Positions 1 through 12,845 of a DNA stretch of 64,000 bases are shown here, piece by piece; position 1 is the stretch's first letter, and every line of letters starts with the position of its first letter. The stretch is from Vitrella brassicaformis CCMP3155 (taxonomy: Eukaryota > Protista > Chromerida). Under the pieces are notes generated by a model. That model made no database searches and was not told the origin of the DNA. It was given only the letters and a program-made list of their open reading frames with translations. The translations under genes and the position numbers were made by a program. The stretch covers positions 62,001 to 126,000 of the forward strand of contig CDMY01000278.1 of the NCBI GenBank assembly GCA_001179505.1, in the 5' to 3' direction.

Positions 1-168
1 AAAACATGGTTGGGTGGGCCGGCCCGACTAGGGCTCCCCGGATGGGATCAATCACTGCACACTTGACTCATTCATTCACGGGAAATGACACACCCATCCA
101 TCCATCGATCCATCGATCCACACGTTGTCTGTGTACTCCATCAGTCTGTGTATGCGTCCGCCTTGGAA
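1..168. repeat. Direct-repeat copy A (runs off the window start), homologous to 4140-4302
   Basis: GGGCCGGCCCGACTAGGGCTCCCCGGAT...ATCACTGCACACTTGACTCA...GGGAAATGACACACCCATCCATCC...GTGTACTCCAT(C/T)AGTCTGTGTATGCGTCCG aligns by eye with 4140-4302, with few substitutions and indels. Confidence 0.9.
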
Positions 169-578
169 TGGCATAATACGCCTATCTTACGCCCCCTGGC
201 CCTGCCATGCACTTAAGGGGATTATGTAACCATCACACTACCGCTGCCTGGCTGTACACTCACCGCCCATTCACCACCAGTCCCTTCTCAGTCTGTCACT
301 CGCCTCCCGCACCCTCGCAGTGCAGACTACACAAAAGCTACGTAAAAACACCCTCAACCCACAACATCAGCATCGGTCAGTGACCGACCGACCCCTTCGC
401 TCCAGCGTCATCACGCCCTCCCCCAAAGGCGCTACACCCACCCTTGTGCTGTGTCCTTGTCGAGTTCAGCCAGCTCGTACTCCGCATGCGCAAGGTGCAC
501 CTCAGTGAGAGCCAGCGCCGTTTCGCTGCAGCACGGACAAGCAAATGGGGTCTCTGAGCTTTGTCATATCCATGTAAC

Positions 579-950
579 TTACTGCATGGTCCGAAGCTTG
601 GGCCGCCGCTCAAATGCGTCGAACAGGCACGTTGGCGGCCTCCTGTCAGCCTTCATGAAGTCCATCAGCTGTTTGATGCCCTGTTGCGCTGCTCCAATAA
701 GCGCCTGGTCGTCCTCCATTCTCTCGTTCAAGCGGCTGATGCGGGAAATAAGCTCCTCGCGCTTCTCCTCATGCGATGCTGGCAAGGTGGGCACGGGAGT
801 CCTCCCCTCCTGCTCCTCATCTCGCCAGGTCCTCGAGCGCACCCATTGAAACACGACGAAAAGAAGGACGCACGCCGGAGGGACAGTAAAAAAGTACCAC
901 CATGCCCATCCTCCCAGAAAGGCGACAAATGCTAGAATCCACTCCACCAT
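579..950 (-). CDS. Small membrane protein: N-terminal hydrophobic segments plus C-terminal coiled coil; unknown function
   Basis: Single ORF MVEWILAFVAFLGGWAWWYFFTVPPACVLLFVVFQW..., then the heptad-like KREELISRISRLNERMEDDQALIGAAQQGIKQL. Confidence 0.6.
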   Translation of the reverse strand: MVEWILAFVAFLGGWAWWYFFTVPPACVLLFVVFQWVRSRTWRDEEQEGRTPVPTLPASHEEKREELISRISRLNERMEDDQALIGAAQQGIKQLMDFMKADRRPPTCLFDAFERRPKLRTMQ

Positions 951-1115
951 CGTCGTTCTCTACAGGTGCACGGGAGCGAGCGGGGAGGGAGCAACATGCG
1001 GGCTTGAGGGAGAGCGGTTTCCACGCTGTCCTACGCCAAGAGGGTTTAGGGCCCGCACTTCGAACTGCAGATGATCACAGTCTTTCTGCAGGAAAGATCC
1101 ATCCATTGCTGATCG

Positions 1116-2954
1116 ATGTGGCTGCTTGTTCCCGAGCTGGCTGCCTTTCTCGCCTTCGCCGTCACGCCCACAGGCGCAAAGAGGAGGGACGGGAGGAGGC
1201 TGCAAGGTGGGTACGAAAGACAGGGCCTGCAAGCACATGTGTGTGTTTGCGTGGTTGTATATGGAATCATAATGGGATGCAGTGGCCGGCGCATCGGCAG
1301 AGATCCCGTCGGCCTGCCGGTGCCCTGCCAATTATTGGCAGGACACTGTATGCGACCTCGAGTGCTACAATGAGGAGTGTGAATGGGACGGAGGCGATTG
1401 CCAACCAGGCACCTAGACACACAACTCACACATGGACACAGATGGGTACGTCAGTGCACGTGCATGTGTGCAGGCGTGTTTTGCAGCGACTTGGAGCCCT
1501 TCTGCAAGTGGAATGAGACCTGTGTCGGCGGCAGTGTGAGTGCATTCGGCAGATGCGAGAGCCTGTGCACCGCTATCGAGTGCTCAGAAGACGCGCACGA
1601 GATATGCGAGGTACGTGTACACACAAACACCTGCATGGATCCATACCTACACACCTGTATGCGTGTGCGCAGGTGCAGCACACACCGCACAGCGGTGAAG
1701 GCGACGGCGTTGCTAGGTGCGTGTGTGCGGAGGGCTTCAGACGAGCCGAGGACGGCAGATGCACTACAGGTGGGCACGGGTGCACCCTTGTGTGTACGTC
1801 ACTCTCCTCATTTCTGCGTGCAGAGCCGCCAAGCCCCCCGGCAGTAAGGCATCCATTGCGTGAATGCGTGGATGGCTTCCTTCCATTGGTGTCATTCCCG
1901 CCTCATTCGCTCACTTCAGGCGCCGATCAACGAAAGTGATCTGACAGCGGCTGAGTACGACCAGCTGCTGACCTGGCTGGGCGGGCCAACCAGGAGCCTC
2001 GCACTGCTCTACAAGTACACACACACACACAGACGCTTCGTATGCAAACGCCTCCGTGATGTTTGTCCATGTGTCAGGTCGGTTCGTGACGGCTATTCAT
2101 TCGGCGACATGCTCGCCAAAGTCGAGAGCGCAAGTCAGTAGGACGCGAGTCGACCACACACAGAGACGCATATCTGTCCACATGAAAGAACATCTTCCAT
2201 TCCTCCCTCCCTGACACAATGTAGGTGGTTTGGCGTTTGTGGTAAGGAAGGACCAGTACCTTCACGGGTGCTTTGTGGGCGACCGGCTGCAGCTGCCCAC
2301 AAAGGCTGCAGCGCCCACAAAGTTTGCCGATGCAGCTGCGCAGGTCGCCCCTCCAGAGTACCGCGAGTATGACTGCCCCGTGTGGCTATTCTCACTGAGT
2401 GGTGGGGTGGGGTGGGGGCAAACCACACAGAGGCCAGGCTGATGGATGCATGCTTGTGGCTGCATGGTTGTGGACCAGGTCATTTTGACAAGCCAACGAA
2501 GATTCCATTGCCGCCACGTGTCTACCTTGCACACACAAATGGAACCGCGCAGGCACAGATATGGACGTGTGTGTGTGTGTGTGTGAGTGAGTGTATTACA
2601 GATGTTCAGGGCATCCGTGTGGCGTCGCGTGAAGGCGGCGTGCCTTTGTGGTGGGGCAAGGCCAAGATCAGCGTCACACACGACGAATACATCCATTTCG
2701 GATGGGACGACCCGAAACAAGTAAGACAGCCAATCAGTCGCACACACCCACACCCACACGCACAGTGTGTCTGTCGGTCTGTGTGTGTTACGTGTGTGCA
2801 TCAGAGCGAGAATCTCCAGTCGATGCTGCACTTCATCCCCAAGGACGACACGCCCCCTGCATATAGGGGTGAGGTGGACGAGGACGGCGATGCGGTGTTG
2901 GGGGGCACGCTGCACTTCATGGCCGACTCGCTTGAAATACTACATGTCACGTAG
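1116..2954 (+). CDS. Secreted multi-exon protein: signal peptide, LNR (Notch) repeat, Cys-rich/EGF-like module, C-terminal TLDc-like domain
   Basis: Hand-spliced: MWLLVPELAAFLAFAVTPTGA...RRLQ; CRCPANYWQDTVCDLECYNEECEWDGGDC (LNR); CVCAEGFRRAEDGRC (EGF-like); SDLTAAEYDQLLTWLGGPTRSLALLYK / SVRDGYSF / HGCFVG / VWLFSLSG / HFMADSLEILHVT* (TLDc-like). Confidence 0.75.
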
Positions 2955-4139
2955 CTGACTGTCTAACGAGTTGGCTCCGCTCAGCTGTGCTCGCTGTCTA
3001 TCTTTGCCCATGTGCCTGTATGTGGTGTGTGTGGGTGTGCGTTAGTGTCTTCGCGTCTGTGTTGTGTGTGTGGTGTGTGTCTTGCCTGTCTGCATTTGTC
3101 ACTCCCATTTTTGGTGGCCGTGAATGTCTGACGGGTGAGTCAGTCACATGTGTACGTGCATATATATGTGTACAGTCGATACACCACGGCCATGAAACCT
3201 ATGTTTGACTGCGACGCTGAGGGTCAGGTGACTGGGAGGGAAAGAGGCAGAGGCAAAGCCATCTCCTGGGGTTTTATGGTGTGGGCGAGATGGCAAGAGA
3301 AATGAAAGAGAGAGAGAGAGAGAGGGAGGAAGAGAGAGTTGTGTACTGGGCTTGGTTGACTTGAGTGAGGTGTGCTGGTGTGTGACGCCACACTGCCTGA
3401 TTGGCGGGCGTGTTGTGTGCGATGTGTGCGTGAGTGCGTGAGCGTCCTCTTTTTGTAGTTGGTGTGTTCGGATTTGCTCGTCATGCCTGTCTGTCCGCCC
3501 TCCCTCCTCAATGAATGACATTGAGATGCATATGGAGTGTTTTTTTTTCCCTTCTTTTCCCAAGTCGCCTGCCTGCTTCAGAGGTGCTGGTGTGCGGGGG
3601 CATGATCATGCTGGTGTGTGGGGGATTCGGCCAAGAATCGACATGAATCGCATCGAACACACACTGATAATCACCCTGCGGCCACAGAGAGAAAGTGACG
3701 AACAAATTGAATCAAGTTGGTCCCGTTGCACACACACGAGTACACTGATCAACTAGGGGTCCGTCGTACCTGTCAGTAACTTGTGGCCCTCGTACCTATA
3801 GCGACGAGCAGATCTGTCCTGTGCTCTCGCTACGAATACGAGACGCGTGAAAGCTTATTGACTGACCGATGTTTCCCGTCCCTCGCAGATCGATGCACCG
3901 ATGGTTGCGTGCAGCGAGCCACATAGAGAAAGTCATGTCACATTAGGGAGTGGACGGACAACACACAGAAAGTGGCGCTGTCCATCGGCCAGCGATCGAG
4001 AAACTGCACAACATATGATCTTTCAGCCAGAAAGAGAGAGAGATGTAGCGTACCGACCGCCCCAGGCAAAAGATGTCTAGTCGCTCCACGCATCAGGGTG
4101 GGCTGGGGCCAGGCAGGCCATGGGAGGCATACATACGGG

Positions 4140-4302
4140 AAAACACGGTGGTGGGCCGGCCCGACTAGGGCTCCCCGGATCGGATCAATCACTGCACACT
4201 TGACTCACTCATTGACGGGAAATGACACACCCATCCATCCATCGATTTACACATTGTGCGTGTACTCCATTAGTCTGTGTATGCGTCCGCGAGTGCCTTG
4301 AA
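4140..4302. repeat. Direct-repeat copy B, overlapping the stop codon and 3' UTR of the DAK gene
   Basis: Aligns with 1-168 and includes TTAGTCTGTGTATGCGTCCGC, the reverse complement of the DAK terminal codons ADAYTD*. Confidence 0.9.
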
Positions 4303-7300
4303 CCACACCGACACCGCATAGGCACCAGGGTCGGCAGTGCCCTGCCATCCACCACACACAGGCATACACACACGTACACACACACACACACACACATGAC
4401 TCTTGTTGGGTGCACTGCAATGTCTGCCTCTGTGTGAGGTGAGCGACGGACCTTCATTTGTTCGGCTGGGATGTACGACGCGCGGCCCTTGACGGCATCC
4501 ATCGTCTGCATGAATCAACACACGCACACATCCGTACTCCTGGCCATATGTTGATCTGTGGGTGTCATGATCACCTTGGTTGCCTCGGCCCCCTCCTGTG
4601 CTGCCTTTGCCGCCGCCTCAAGAGCAGCCTTGGGCCCCTTCCCAGCCGCCTGCGTCGTGCAAGCAATGCACGGACAACGTGTCGCGTCCGCGGCGTGTCG
4701 TGTGGTGTTCGTGCACCTGTGCGAGCGCGTCGCATGCTGGCGTGAGAGCGTCGATCATCGTCCGCATGCCCGGCTGCGCGCCACCAATCTCACACAGCCT
4801 GCGTGGGTGACACGAACACATACATACATAGATATTTCAGACATGTAGCTGCCGGTCTGTGGGTGCATGTATGTCCGTCGTTGGTCGCTCACTTGTCGAT
4901 TCCCTCCTTGACAGCCATGCCGATGGCGCGAATGCCCTGGGGAGGCGATTTCTCGTCTTCCAATCGCTGAAGACACACATACATCGATGCATTGACGGAT
5001 GCACACGCGTGTGTGTGTGTGTGTGTTGGTGTGTCACCTTGAGTGCGGCAGCAGTGGCGGTGAAAAGAATGTTATAAAGCGCACCCGAGCTGCCCTCCGC
5101 CCCTTCGTTGATGTACCGCCCCACCGTCTGACACACACAAGACCACCCTGTCTGGACCACCTGCTTGTCTGCCCACCACACCATACAATACCGCGAAGAG
5201 TGGCGCGCTGACTCCCGTCTTAGTGTCGGGTGTGTGCAGAGGAATGTCCTCCTTCTCCAGGTGCCGCAGCACCGACTCGGCCGCCCTCTTGAGGCCCGTC
5301 CCGCAGTCGCCATCGCCACAAATCGTGTCCATACGGGTGATCTCGGGCTCAGCTGACACAATCGACGAGCACGCCGCCTTGACCAGCAACCTAACACACA
5401 CAAGACCATCACACACACACACACACAGCTGGCCTGCCCCCTGCGCTTGGGGATTGGTTGTGTCCGACAGCTCTCTCACCCACCCCGGTAGTTTGGTTTT
5501 AGCGTCGTCTTTGTCCCACACGACGGTCTCTTCCTTGGCGTACTCTTCGTGTGGGGCCATCTCGACTGCCTGTGAGGTGTCCACCTTGACGACGGGCGGC
5601 AGGCCGGCCGTCGTGGGGGCGTCCAGCAGTGACTCCCTGCAGACAGATAGATAGACAGGCAGACACACACAGATGGGTGGAGGGGTGTCTGGGCGTTTTC
5701 GCTATCTCCTGGAGTGTGTGGCTGTGGTTGCCTTTCGTCATCGAGCAGCAGGACGGTCAGGGACGCCCCCGGCATGTTGAGAGAGGTCATCAGCGGACCT
5801 GGACAGACAGACAGGTGAGTCGATCCCATCTCACACACATCCCACACAATAAAATGTGTGTGACGTCAGTCAGCCTACCGACCGGTGATGGTTCGTGTGA
5901 CTTTTAGGTGGTACTTCTGCTCGACGATCTTGACGGCCACACCAGCCAGGAGACTCAACTCCATCGGGATGCTCGCACCTGGAAAGACGCATCCACGCAG
6001 AACAGTCAGTCGCAACTTTTTTTTTTCAATTTTGTCTCAGAAGGACGATCCGATCTCACCGAGGCTGTTGATGAGCAGCGCCGCCTTCTGCCCCCTCTGT
6101 CTGTGAGAAAGGTACCCGAAGTCATTGTCGTCATTGAAGACCGCCTGTAGCAGCGTCTCGGCGATCTTTGTGACGTCGACGTGGTCGCCCTTGCTGCCCG
6201 CCGCACATGGGCACGCCGCACGGTCCACCTTCTTGGCGCCCGGCTCGCCGTGGATGCCCATGCCCTGCCATAGCATAGCAGCCATGACACCATACTTAAG
6301 AGCATTCAGGTGACACATCACATCCACCCCTGCAGGTAGGGTAGGTAGACTCCTTGCACTGTACCAGTTCCATCATGTGTCCCTCCAGCCGCTTCTTGAA
6401 CTCGTCGCTCATCGCTGTGCCAGGAATCTGGACGCACAAACACACACACACACATATGGATCAGATTTGTGTCATCCTCTGTGTTGTGTGTCTGTGCTGT
6501 GATTGTGTGTATGGTTGTCGTACGAGGACGGGCGAGAAGCTGACGGCCATCGTGGCCATGTTGTCGGTAACCGCCTCTGCCACACGCTTCACATCAGACA
6601 GAGAGTGACCTGACAGATGCGGGCACACAGAACACAACACACAGACGATGAGATGGTATGGTGTGTTCTACTATGTTTGCGTGTGCGTGTTGGTGCAGGT
6701 GCAGGTGCACACCTCTTGCTGCTGCCGCCCCCGCAATCTTGTGTACGAGCACCGTGCCTGCGACGCCGCGACGACCCATAGCTGACCTGCACAGTCACAC
6801 ACACGCACAGACACACAGACACGTACGTGGGTCTGTACAGAGAGATCCATGTGCGGTCCCTCCCACCTTTTGAGAGCGGCGTCATCGCCCACGATGACCA
6901 TGTCGACATTCTTGCCGAACTGGAACTTGGCCTGCTGCACTGCCAGCCCGAAGTTGAGCCGGTCGCCCGTGTAGTTCTTGACGATCACTAGGCAGCCCGC
7001 ATCGCCCGTCACCGTCAATATGCCTAATGACAGATGGATGCAACCAAGATAGATAGATGGGACGGAGGGATGCGCTTCACTGGTCGGTCGGTCGGTCGGT
7101 CGGTGGTCGTACCCTGCAGGACGGCTGATGTGGATGGCGATGCGAAGACGTTGCCGGCCACTGCGCCGGTCAGCATGCCCTCGCCGATGTAGCCCGCGTG
7201 TGCCTGACATCACAGCACACACCCCCACAGGCAAATCCACTTCCATGTCCATCCAATTGCAGATGGCTGCTCGACTCTGTCTGAATGCGATGCGTCCGTG

Positions 7301-7695
7301 TATCTGAGTTTTGCTGACCGGTTCGTGACCAGATCCGCCCCCCGAGATCAGCGCGACACGCTTAGACCTGCAACATGGCACACCACCCCCGGACAGGGCA
7401 CACATCACTCATCCCTCCCTTGTCGTCTGGTGCGCTGCCTGACTGATACACTGACTTTTTGTGATCCTCATAGTCGGCCCTGACGGCGACCTTGATCTCG
7501 GGGACGACCTTGACGGCCGGCAGACAGTACGGCAGACCTCGAACCATCTCTGCAGCCAAACACAACACGACAGGCGTGGCGGCACATGCTGCAGATCAAT
7601 GCTGCAGCGGTGCTGGGCAGCATCTTCTCATGGTCAACGCGTGTACCAGTGGCGATGGTTGCTGGGTCACTGCTGCTGATGCTCACACTCGACAT
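4270..7695 (-). CDS. DAK: Dihydroxyacetone kinase / triokinase (fused DAK1+DAK2), multi-exon
   Basis: Motifs VALISGGGSGHEP, LVIVKNYTGDRLNFGLA, GRRGVAGTVLVHKIAGAAA, GDGDCGTGL, GGSSGALY, GGAQPGMRTMIDAL, GRASYI, ADPGAYAV. 5' start approximate. Confidence 0.95.
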
Positions 7696-7994
7696 GACGA
7701 CCGACGGCTGATGGATGGACGGACCGATGGATGGAATGCGCACAGTTGGAGATCACAGCGTGGCTCAAGTTGCAAGTAGAAGTGTGAGGAAGGCGAATCG
7801 GAGCATTCAGAGACAGTTCTGTTGTCTCGTAGATCTGCGCCCGTGCAAGTCCAGCTCTAAGCGCTGAGCTCGCGGAAGGGGATTTGGAAGGTATGGATGC
7901 CAACACCACACGCAACACTCTCATTGCCATTCATCCATGCCAATTCTGTTCCCGTCAGGTTTGTTCGACTTGTTCCCATCTCATCATCCTCATC

Positions 7995-8537
7995 ATGGCG
8001 GGAAGGCTCCGATGGCTACCTCGCCTGGCCAGGCAACGCTTGGCGACAGACGCTCCTCAATGTGCTCATCGGCCCCTCCCCATCTCCCTTTCCCATTCCC
8101 ACCCGCCTATATTGCGGCATCTGTCCACTGCACGGATAGAGGCAGCACCACAGCCAGCACAACCGACGCCCGCATCAGCAACAGCCACATCAGCGACAGC
8201 AGCAGCAGCAGCAAGCGAAGCAAAACCAAATCCAGACGACACAACAGCAGAAGCTGCTGCTCAGCGGCACCGTGAGCGGCTGGCAGAGAGCGCCCGGATG
8301 TCCGAGAAGCTGTGGGACACTTTCGTGCCCGACAGGAAGCTGTCCTTCACCTCGCCAGGGTTCTGGGTGTTGCTGGGTCTGGTGGTGGTGCTGCACACGT
8401 ACAACGAGTACAGGGACCGGACCAAGGCTGAGAGCGATGAGGACATGCAGGCTGAGGCGAGACGGCGGGAGGCGGCCGACGCCAAACGGAGGGAGAGGCA
8501 GGGGGAGATGGGGAATGGACAGCCGCAGGGGCGGTGA
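7995..8537 (+). CDS. Single-exon, single-TM protein with a probable mitochondrial presequence; unknown function
   Basis: Arg-rich, acid-poor N-terminus MAGRLRWLPRLARQRL...HLST; TM segment FWVLLGLVVVLHTY; charged C-terminal tail. Confidence 0.6.
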   Translation: MAGRLRWLPRLARQRLATDAPQCAHRPLPISLSHSHPPILRHLSTARIEAAPQPAQPTPASATATSATAAAAASEAKPNPDDTTAEAAAQRHRERLAESARMSEKLWDTFVPDRKLSFTSPGFWVLLGLVVVLHTYNEYRDRTKAESDEDMQAEARRREAADAKRRERQGEMGNGQPQGR

Positions 8538-9829
8538 CGGCTGTTGGGGGTTGGTTGTCGACTTTGCTGCGTGGATGGCATTTAGTGGACTGATGTGTGT
8601 GTGATCAGCATGCGGTAGCGCGTTTCGTTGTTCGTGCTCTGGTTTGTTGGTCTGGGAGCAGAGTGTGGCTTCATTCTACTCTCAACCCAACATATCAGCT
8701 GCGGACAGAGAGACGGGCAGGCGCATGGATGCAGCGGCATGTTCATTCAGACAGACGTGTGGGGGTGCGACGGGAGAGCAACGCAACGGGTGGACGCGTA
8801 TGTCATGTCATGTGCGCGAATTGACGACGATAAATAAAGGGATGTCATGCCATGTCATGTCGTGTGTGTGTTGTGTAGCATGCTACCATATGCCTACCTC
8901 CCTCCGTGTGTCTCTTCTGTTATCGTGAAACAGACAGCGTCCAAAAGCTAACTACGGGGACGAACGAACAAACAGCTGACTGGCATGGCAACCCATCCAT
9001 CCAACCCATCAATCAACATCAACCGACACTTGCTTTCCGCCCGCCCGCATGGTAGATGCATCAATCAATCTCTAATTCCGTCGATCCACTGCATCCCTCC
9101 CGCCCTCTCGCCCGCCCATGTCAGTCAGTCACGTTTCGGTGCTTGGAGCGCTGTACGGACAACACAAGAAACACAACATGACACACAGACCCCTCCGTGA
9201 CGCATACCGTGCCCAATCAGTGGGCCGTAAACATCACACTGACGCCCGCACTCACACCGTCCCTCGCTCATACACTGCTCCCTCCCCCCTCCTCCCGTCT
9301 CTCTCTCTCTCTCTTTCTCGCCCTCGCCCTCCCTTTGTTTCCCTCGCCGTGTAGTGGTGCACTCCTGTCTGCGTCAGTTCTAGCGTTTTTTGAAGTCTCC
9401 ACAAAAGCAGGTCCTCTAGCAGGTCCGGCGGCCGTGAGTGTGGGCCCGTTCGCGTGCGCTTTTGTGGCCATCAAAAATGGCGCTGAGATGATGCATCCAT
9501 CCATCCATCCAGAGAGAAGAGAGCAGGGAGGAGGGGAGCCCGTATGTGTAAGTATGTTTGTAAGCAAGTACGTACGCACGATATGGAAGCGGGCAGACAA
9601 AGCAATAGGTCTGGAGCGGCTGGGTGGTTGCTGCTCGTGGACAGACAGACAGACAAACACACAGACAGACACACAGACAGACACACAGACAAACTGTGAT
9701 CTCTAGGGAGTTGAGAAGATGACGATACCGAATTGAGGACGAGCCAAACGCGGCTCGTCACCGACGCGGCATTATGACCTCCTCTACTCCCTGTAGATCA
9801 TCTCGACTCTCTGTAACAGAGGCCAGCCA

Positions 9830-9861
<32 letters not shown>

Positions 9862-10787
9862 GACGGACAGGTATAGAGCAATATGAAGACGGACATGCAC
9901 ACACAGAGACGGCCAAGGAGTGGGTGTCGCGTCAAAAAGTGGCTGACAGCATGGAGGGCCAAAATTGTTTGACATGCGATGCATGTACGCAGCGCATGTG
10001 TGTACGCGCGCATGAGCGAAGGAGGCAGGCAGGTAGACACGCACACAGACAGGTGTAGGTGTAGGTGTAGGTGTGTGCAAACGAGCGGGTGCGAGGTCTC
10101 CCTGTGCGATGCGATGCGATGCGGTGTGGTGGTAAAGAATAAAAAAACCCAGGTGCTCATGTCATGTCATGTTATGCCACCCACCCATGCCCACATGCTG
10201 CCCAGCGCCACCCCCACCCCAAAATGGCCCCCTTCCAGCCCGGCCGACCGCCCGCCCGTCCATCCATCCATCCATCCATCCATCCAAAACCTGCTTCGTG
10301 TCAGGGCTGTTCTGGCGACGCCTCAGCCGCGCCACCGTCCAGAGTCCCTCTCTACCGATTTAGCTAGCCTAGGTGCGTGTGGTCGTGCAGTGCCGTGCCA
10401 GCTGCTCCACTTTGGTCAGCCCGCTGCCACCTTCGCTCGCCAATGCACCGACGCATCGACACGCGAGGATTGCAAGGGCAGACGCAAGTGGAGCATCCAG
10501 GCACAGCACCACGCCACCACGCTCGATCCGCAATCATTGACGGCCACGAGACGGGCAAAGCAGACACACATACACACACGCAGACCATGACAGTGAGTGG
10601 GGGAGTGGGGGAGTGCAGTACGCCACGCCCATGTCATGGATGCATTTGTCGACGATGTAGTGTAGCGACTCAGCCGCCCATCACGGGAGTGTGGCTGAAA
10701 CACCACACACACAGGCACGGCAAAGCACAGAGACATCTCTTCCTGTTTGTTTGCGCGCCTCGCTCTCTACGTGTGCGTGCGTTGTCC

Positions 10788-12845
10788 TCACCTGAGCTCA
10801 GGCGCCGCTTCGACGGTCTTTCTATTCTTCTCGGAGGGCCGCTCGAGGTGCGGGCGGAAGTACTGCACGCCCTCCAGGCCGCTCACGTACGAGCATTCCC
10901 TCGCCGCCACGTAGGCGGCCTTCCAGATGGGCACCGGGTCGTACCTGTAGAGCGGCCCCAGCAGCTGCTTCAACGCCTGGGTGGCCTCCTGCGCGTGGTA
11001 GTGGGGAATCCTACAGGCACCACACACACACATATATATGGTGGTGGATGGATCATTTCAGTGTCTGTCTAGTCATGGCGGTGTACTTGTGGTTGATGTG
11101 GTGGAGGACGTGTGTGGTGCCGATGTGGTGGTGGAGCTCGTCGACGATCCATGGGTAGGGCCGGTCGATGGTCGAAAGGGCCCCACGCAGCCACGTGAAC
11201 GACTCAGACCCGTAGTGGGGAACATCTGCAGCAAGCCACACGCAGCCAAGGCAAGGCAAACCGGGTGGGTGGGCTCTGTCTGTCTATTTGTCTGTCCATT
11301 CCATCTGTGGTGTCTGCCTGCGTGGGCGTGTCTGTCGTGTGGGTACCTTACCTGGGTGTGTGTGCTGCAGCCACGTGTAGAGCACCAGCCAGAAATTCAC
11401 CACCAGATAGGGACCCACATACCAACGAAGAGGCTCAACCCTACACAATACAAACACACACACCACATGAGACAGACGGAGAGATGAGATGCATCCACAT
11501 CTATCCATTCATGCCATTTCCTTTGCCCGTCCCTCCCTCTTGACTCACCATGAAGTGGCCATCCCCCAGGCGACGAGCATGGCCAGCACTGCGGCGCACC
11601 CACAGGCGCTGGCGTTGACCTTCCACTGGAACGAGGGGGGGTACACCTGCGACCCGCTGCCGACGAAGTGGTCCACCGGGCCGCCCTTCTTGCTCAGCGG
11701 CTCGCCCCGGTAGTTGACGCGGCCCCCCGTGGCGTTGTTGAAGAGGTACGCCGGCCAGCCGAACACCAGGTGGCCGATGAGCTCCCAGATGGCAAAGGCG
11801 TCCTCGCCCACAACGTGACTGGTCACGTGAATGAATGAATGAGGCAAACACAGACACGCACAAACACATGGGTGGGTGTGGGTGGGTGTGGTGTGGGTGA
11901 GTGGATCAGGGAGGGATTGGGTGGGCTGACGTACGCGGCCTGGAGTAGGAGCGACTTCTCCTCGATCGTCGGCGGCACGTGGGTCTCGCCCCAGATGAGG
12001 TGGTTGGTGTACTTGTGGTGCTTGGCGTGGGAGTACTGCCAGCTCCAGTAGGGCACCAGCAGCAGGGAGTGGACGATGAACCCCACCGTGTCGTTGACGG
12101 CCGTCGACTCGCTGTACGCCCCGTGGCCGCACTCGTGGCCCACCACCCACGGCCCGGTCGCTATCGTGCCCTGGATGACGGCATAGGTGGTCCATGCGAC
12201 GATCTGCAGCATGACACTGGAGCCGCACAGCCGTGGGACAACGAGGGAGGTGACGTAGGCAGTGACGGCGAGCAACACCAGGTCGCGCAGGAGATGCAGC
12301 TGCCACACCCACACACACAGAGACACACGCAATGGAATGATTGTTGAAGTGAGTGGCGAATCGGTAGCTCTCCTCCCCTCCCTGCTTGCTTACCGTCGAG
12401 CGCAGTGCGGACCTCTGCTTGCAGTGTGGGGGGATGGCGTCGTGGATCTCCTTCATCGTCGGCAGCTGCACCAACCACCCCCACCACACAAACAGCACGG
12501 CGATATGAGACCTCTTTCTGCCTGCGACGTGCTCTCACCTTGGCCACCTTTGAGAGCTCCTCCCTCCCAACCGCGGCATCCAGCGGCGACGTCACGCATT
12601 CCATAGATGACGCAAAACTGACAGAGCAGAGTCACACACACCAACAGTGCGGCAAGCAGCACGCACACACAGATCTATGCTGTCACTGCTGCACCTGCAC
12701 TGTGTGATCTCCCTCTCTCTGCCTGCCTCTCTGCCTCTCTGCCTGCCTGCCTCACTCACTTGGCCTTGCAGGTGCCGCTGGTGCGGAGATGGGATGTAGT
12801 CTCGGGAGACGACGGTGGCGACTGGGTTGAGGAGGGACCGCACAT
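10788..12845 (-). CDS. FAD2: Delta-12/omega-6 fatty acid desaturase (FAD2-like), multi-exon
   Basis: Three His boxes WVVGHECGH, WQYSHAKHH, HHIGTTHVLHH, plus IPHYHAQEAT and LPTMKEIHDAIPPHC. The first exon (MCGPSS...) is joined in frame by hand and is less certain than the core. Confidence 0.92.

Noticed and set aside
9000-10700. Several 100-200 aa ORFs downstream of the desaturase
   Set aside because: Dominated by microsatellite-encoded peptides (TDRQ, PSIH, VCLS). No consistent spliced model; probably UTR or intergenic, though a small gene cannot be excluded.
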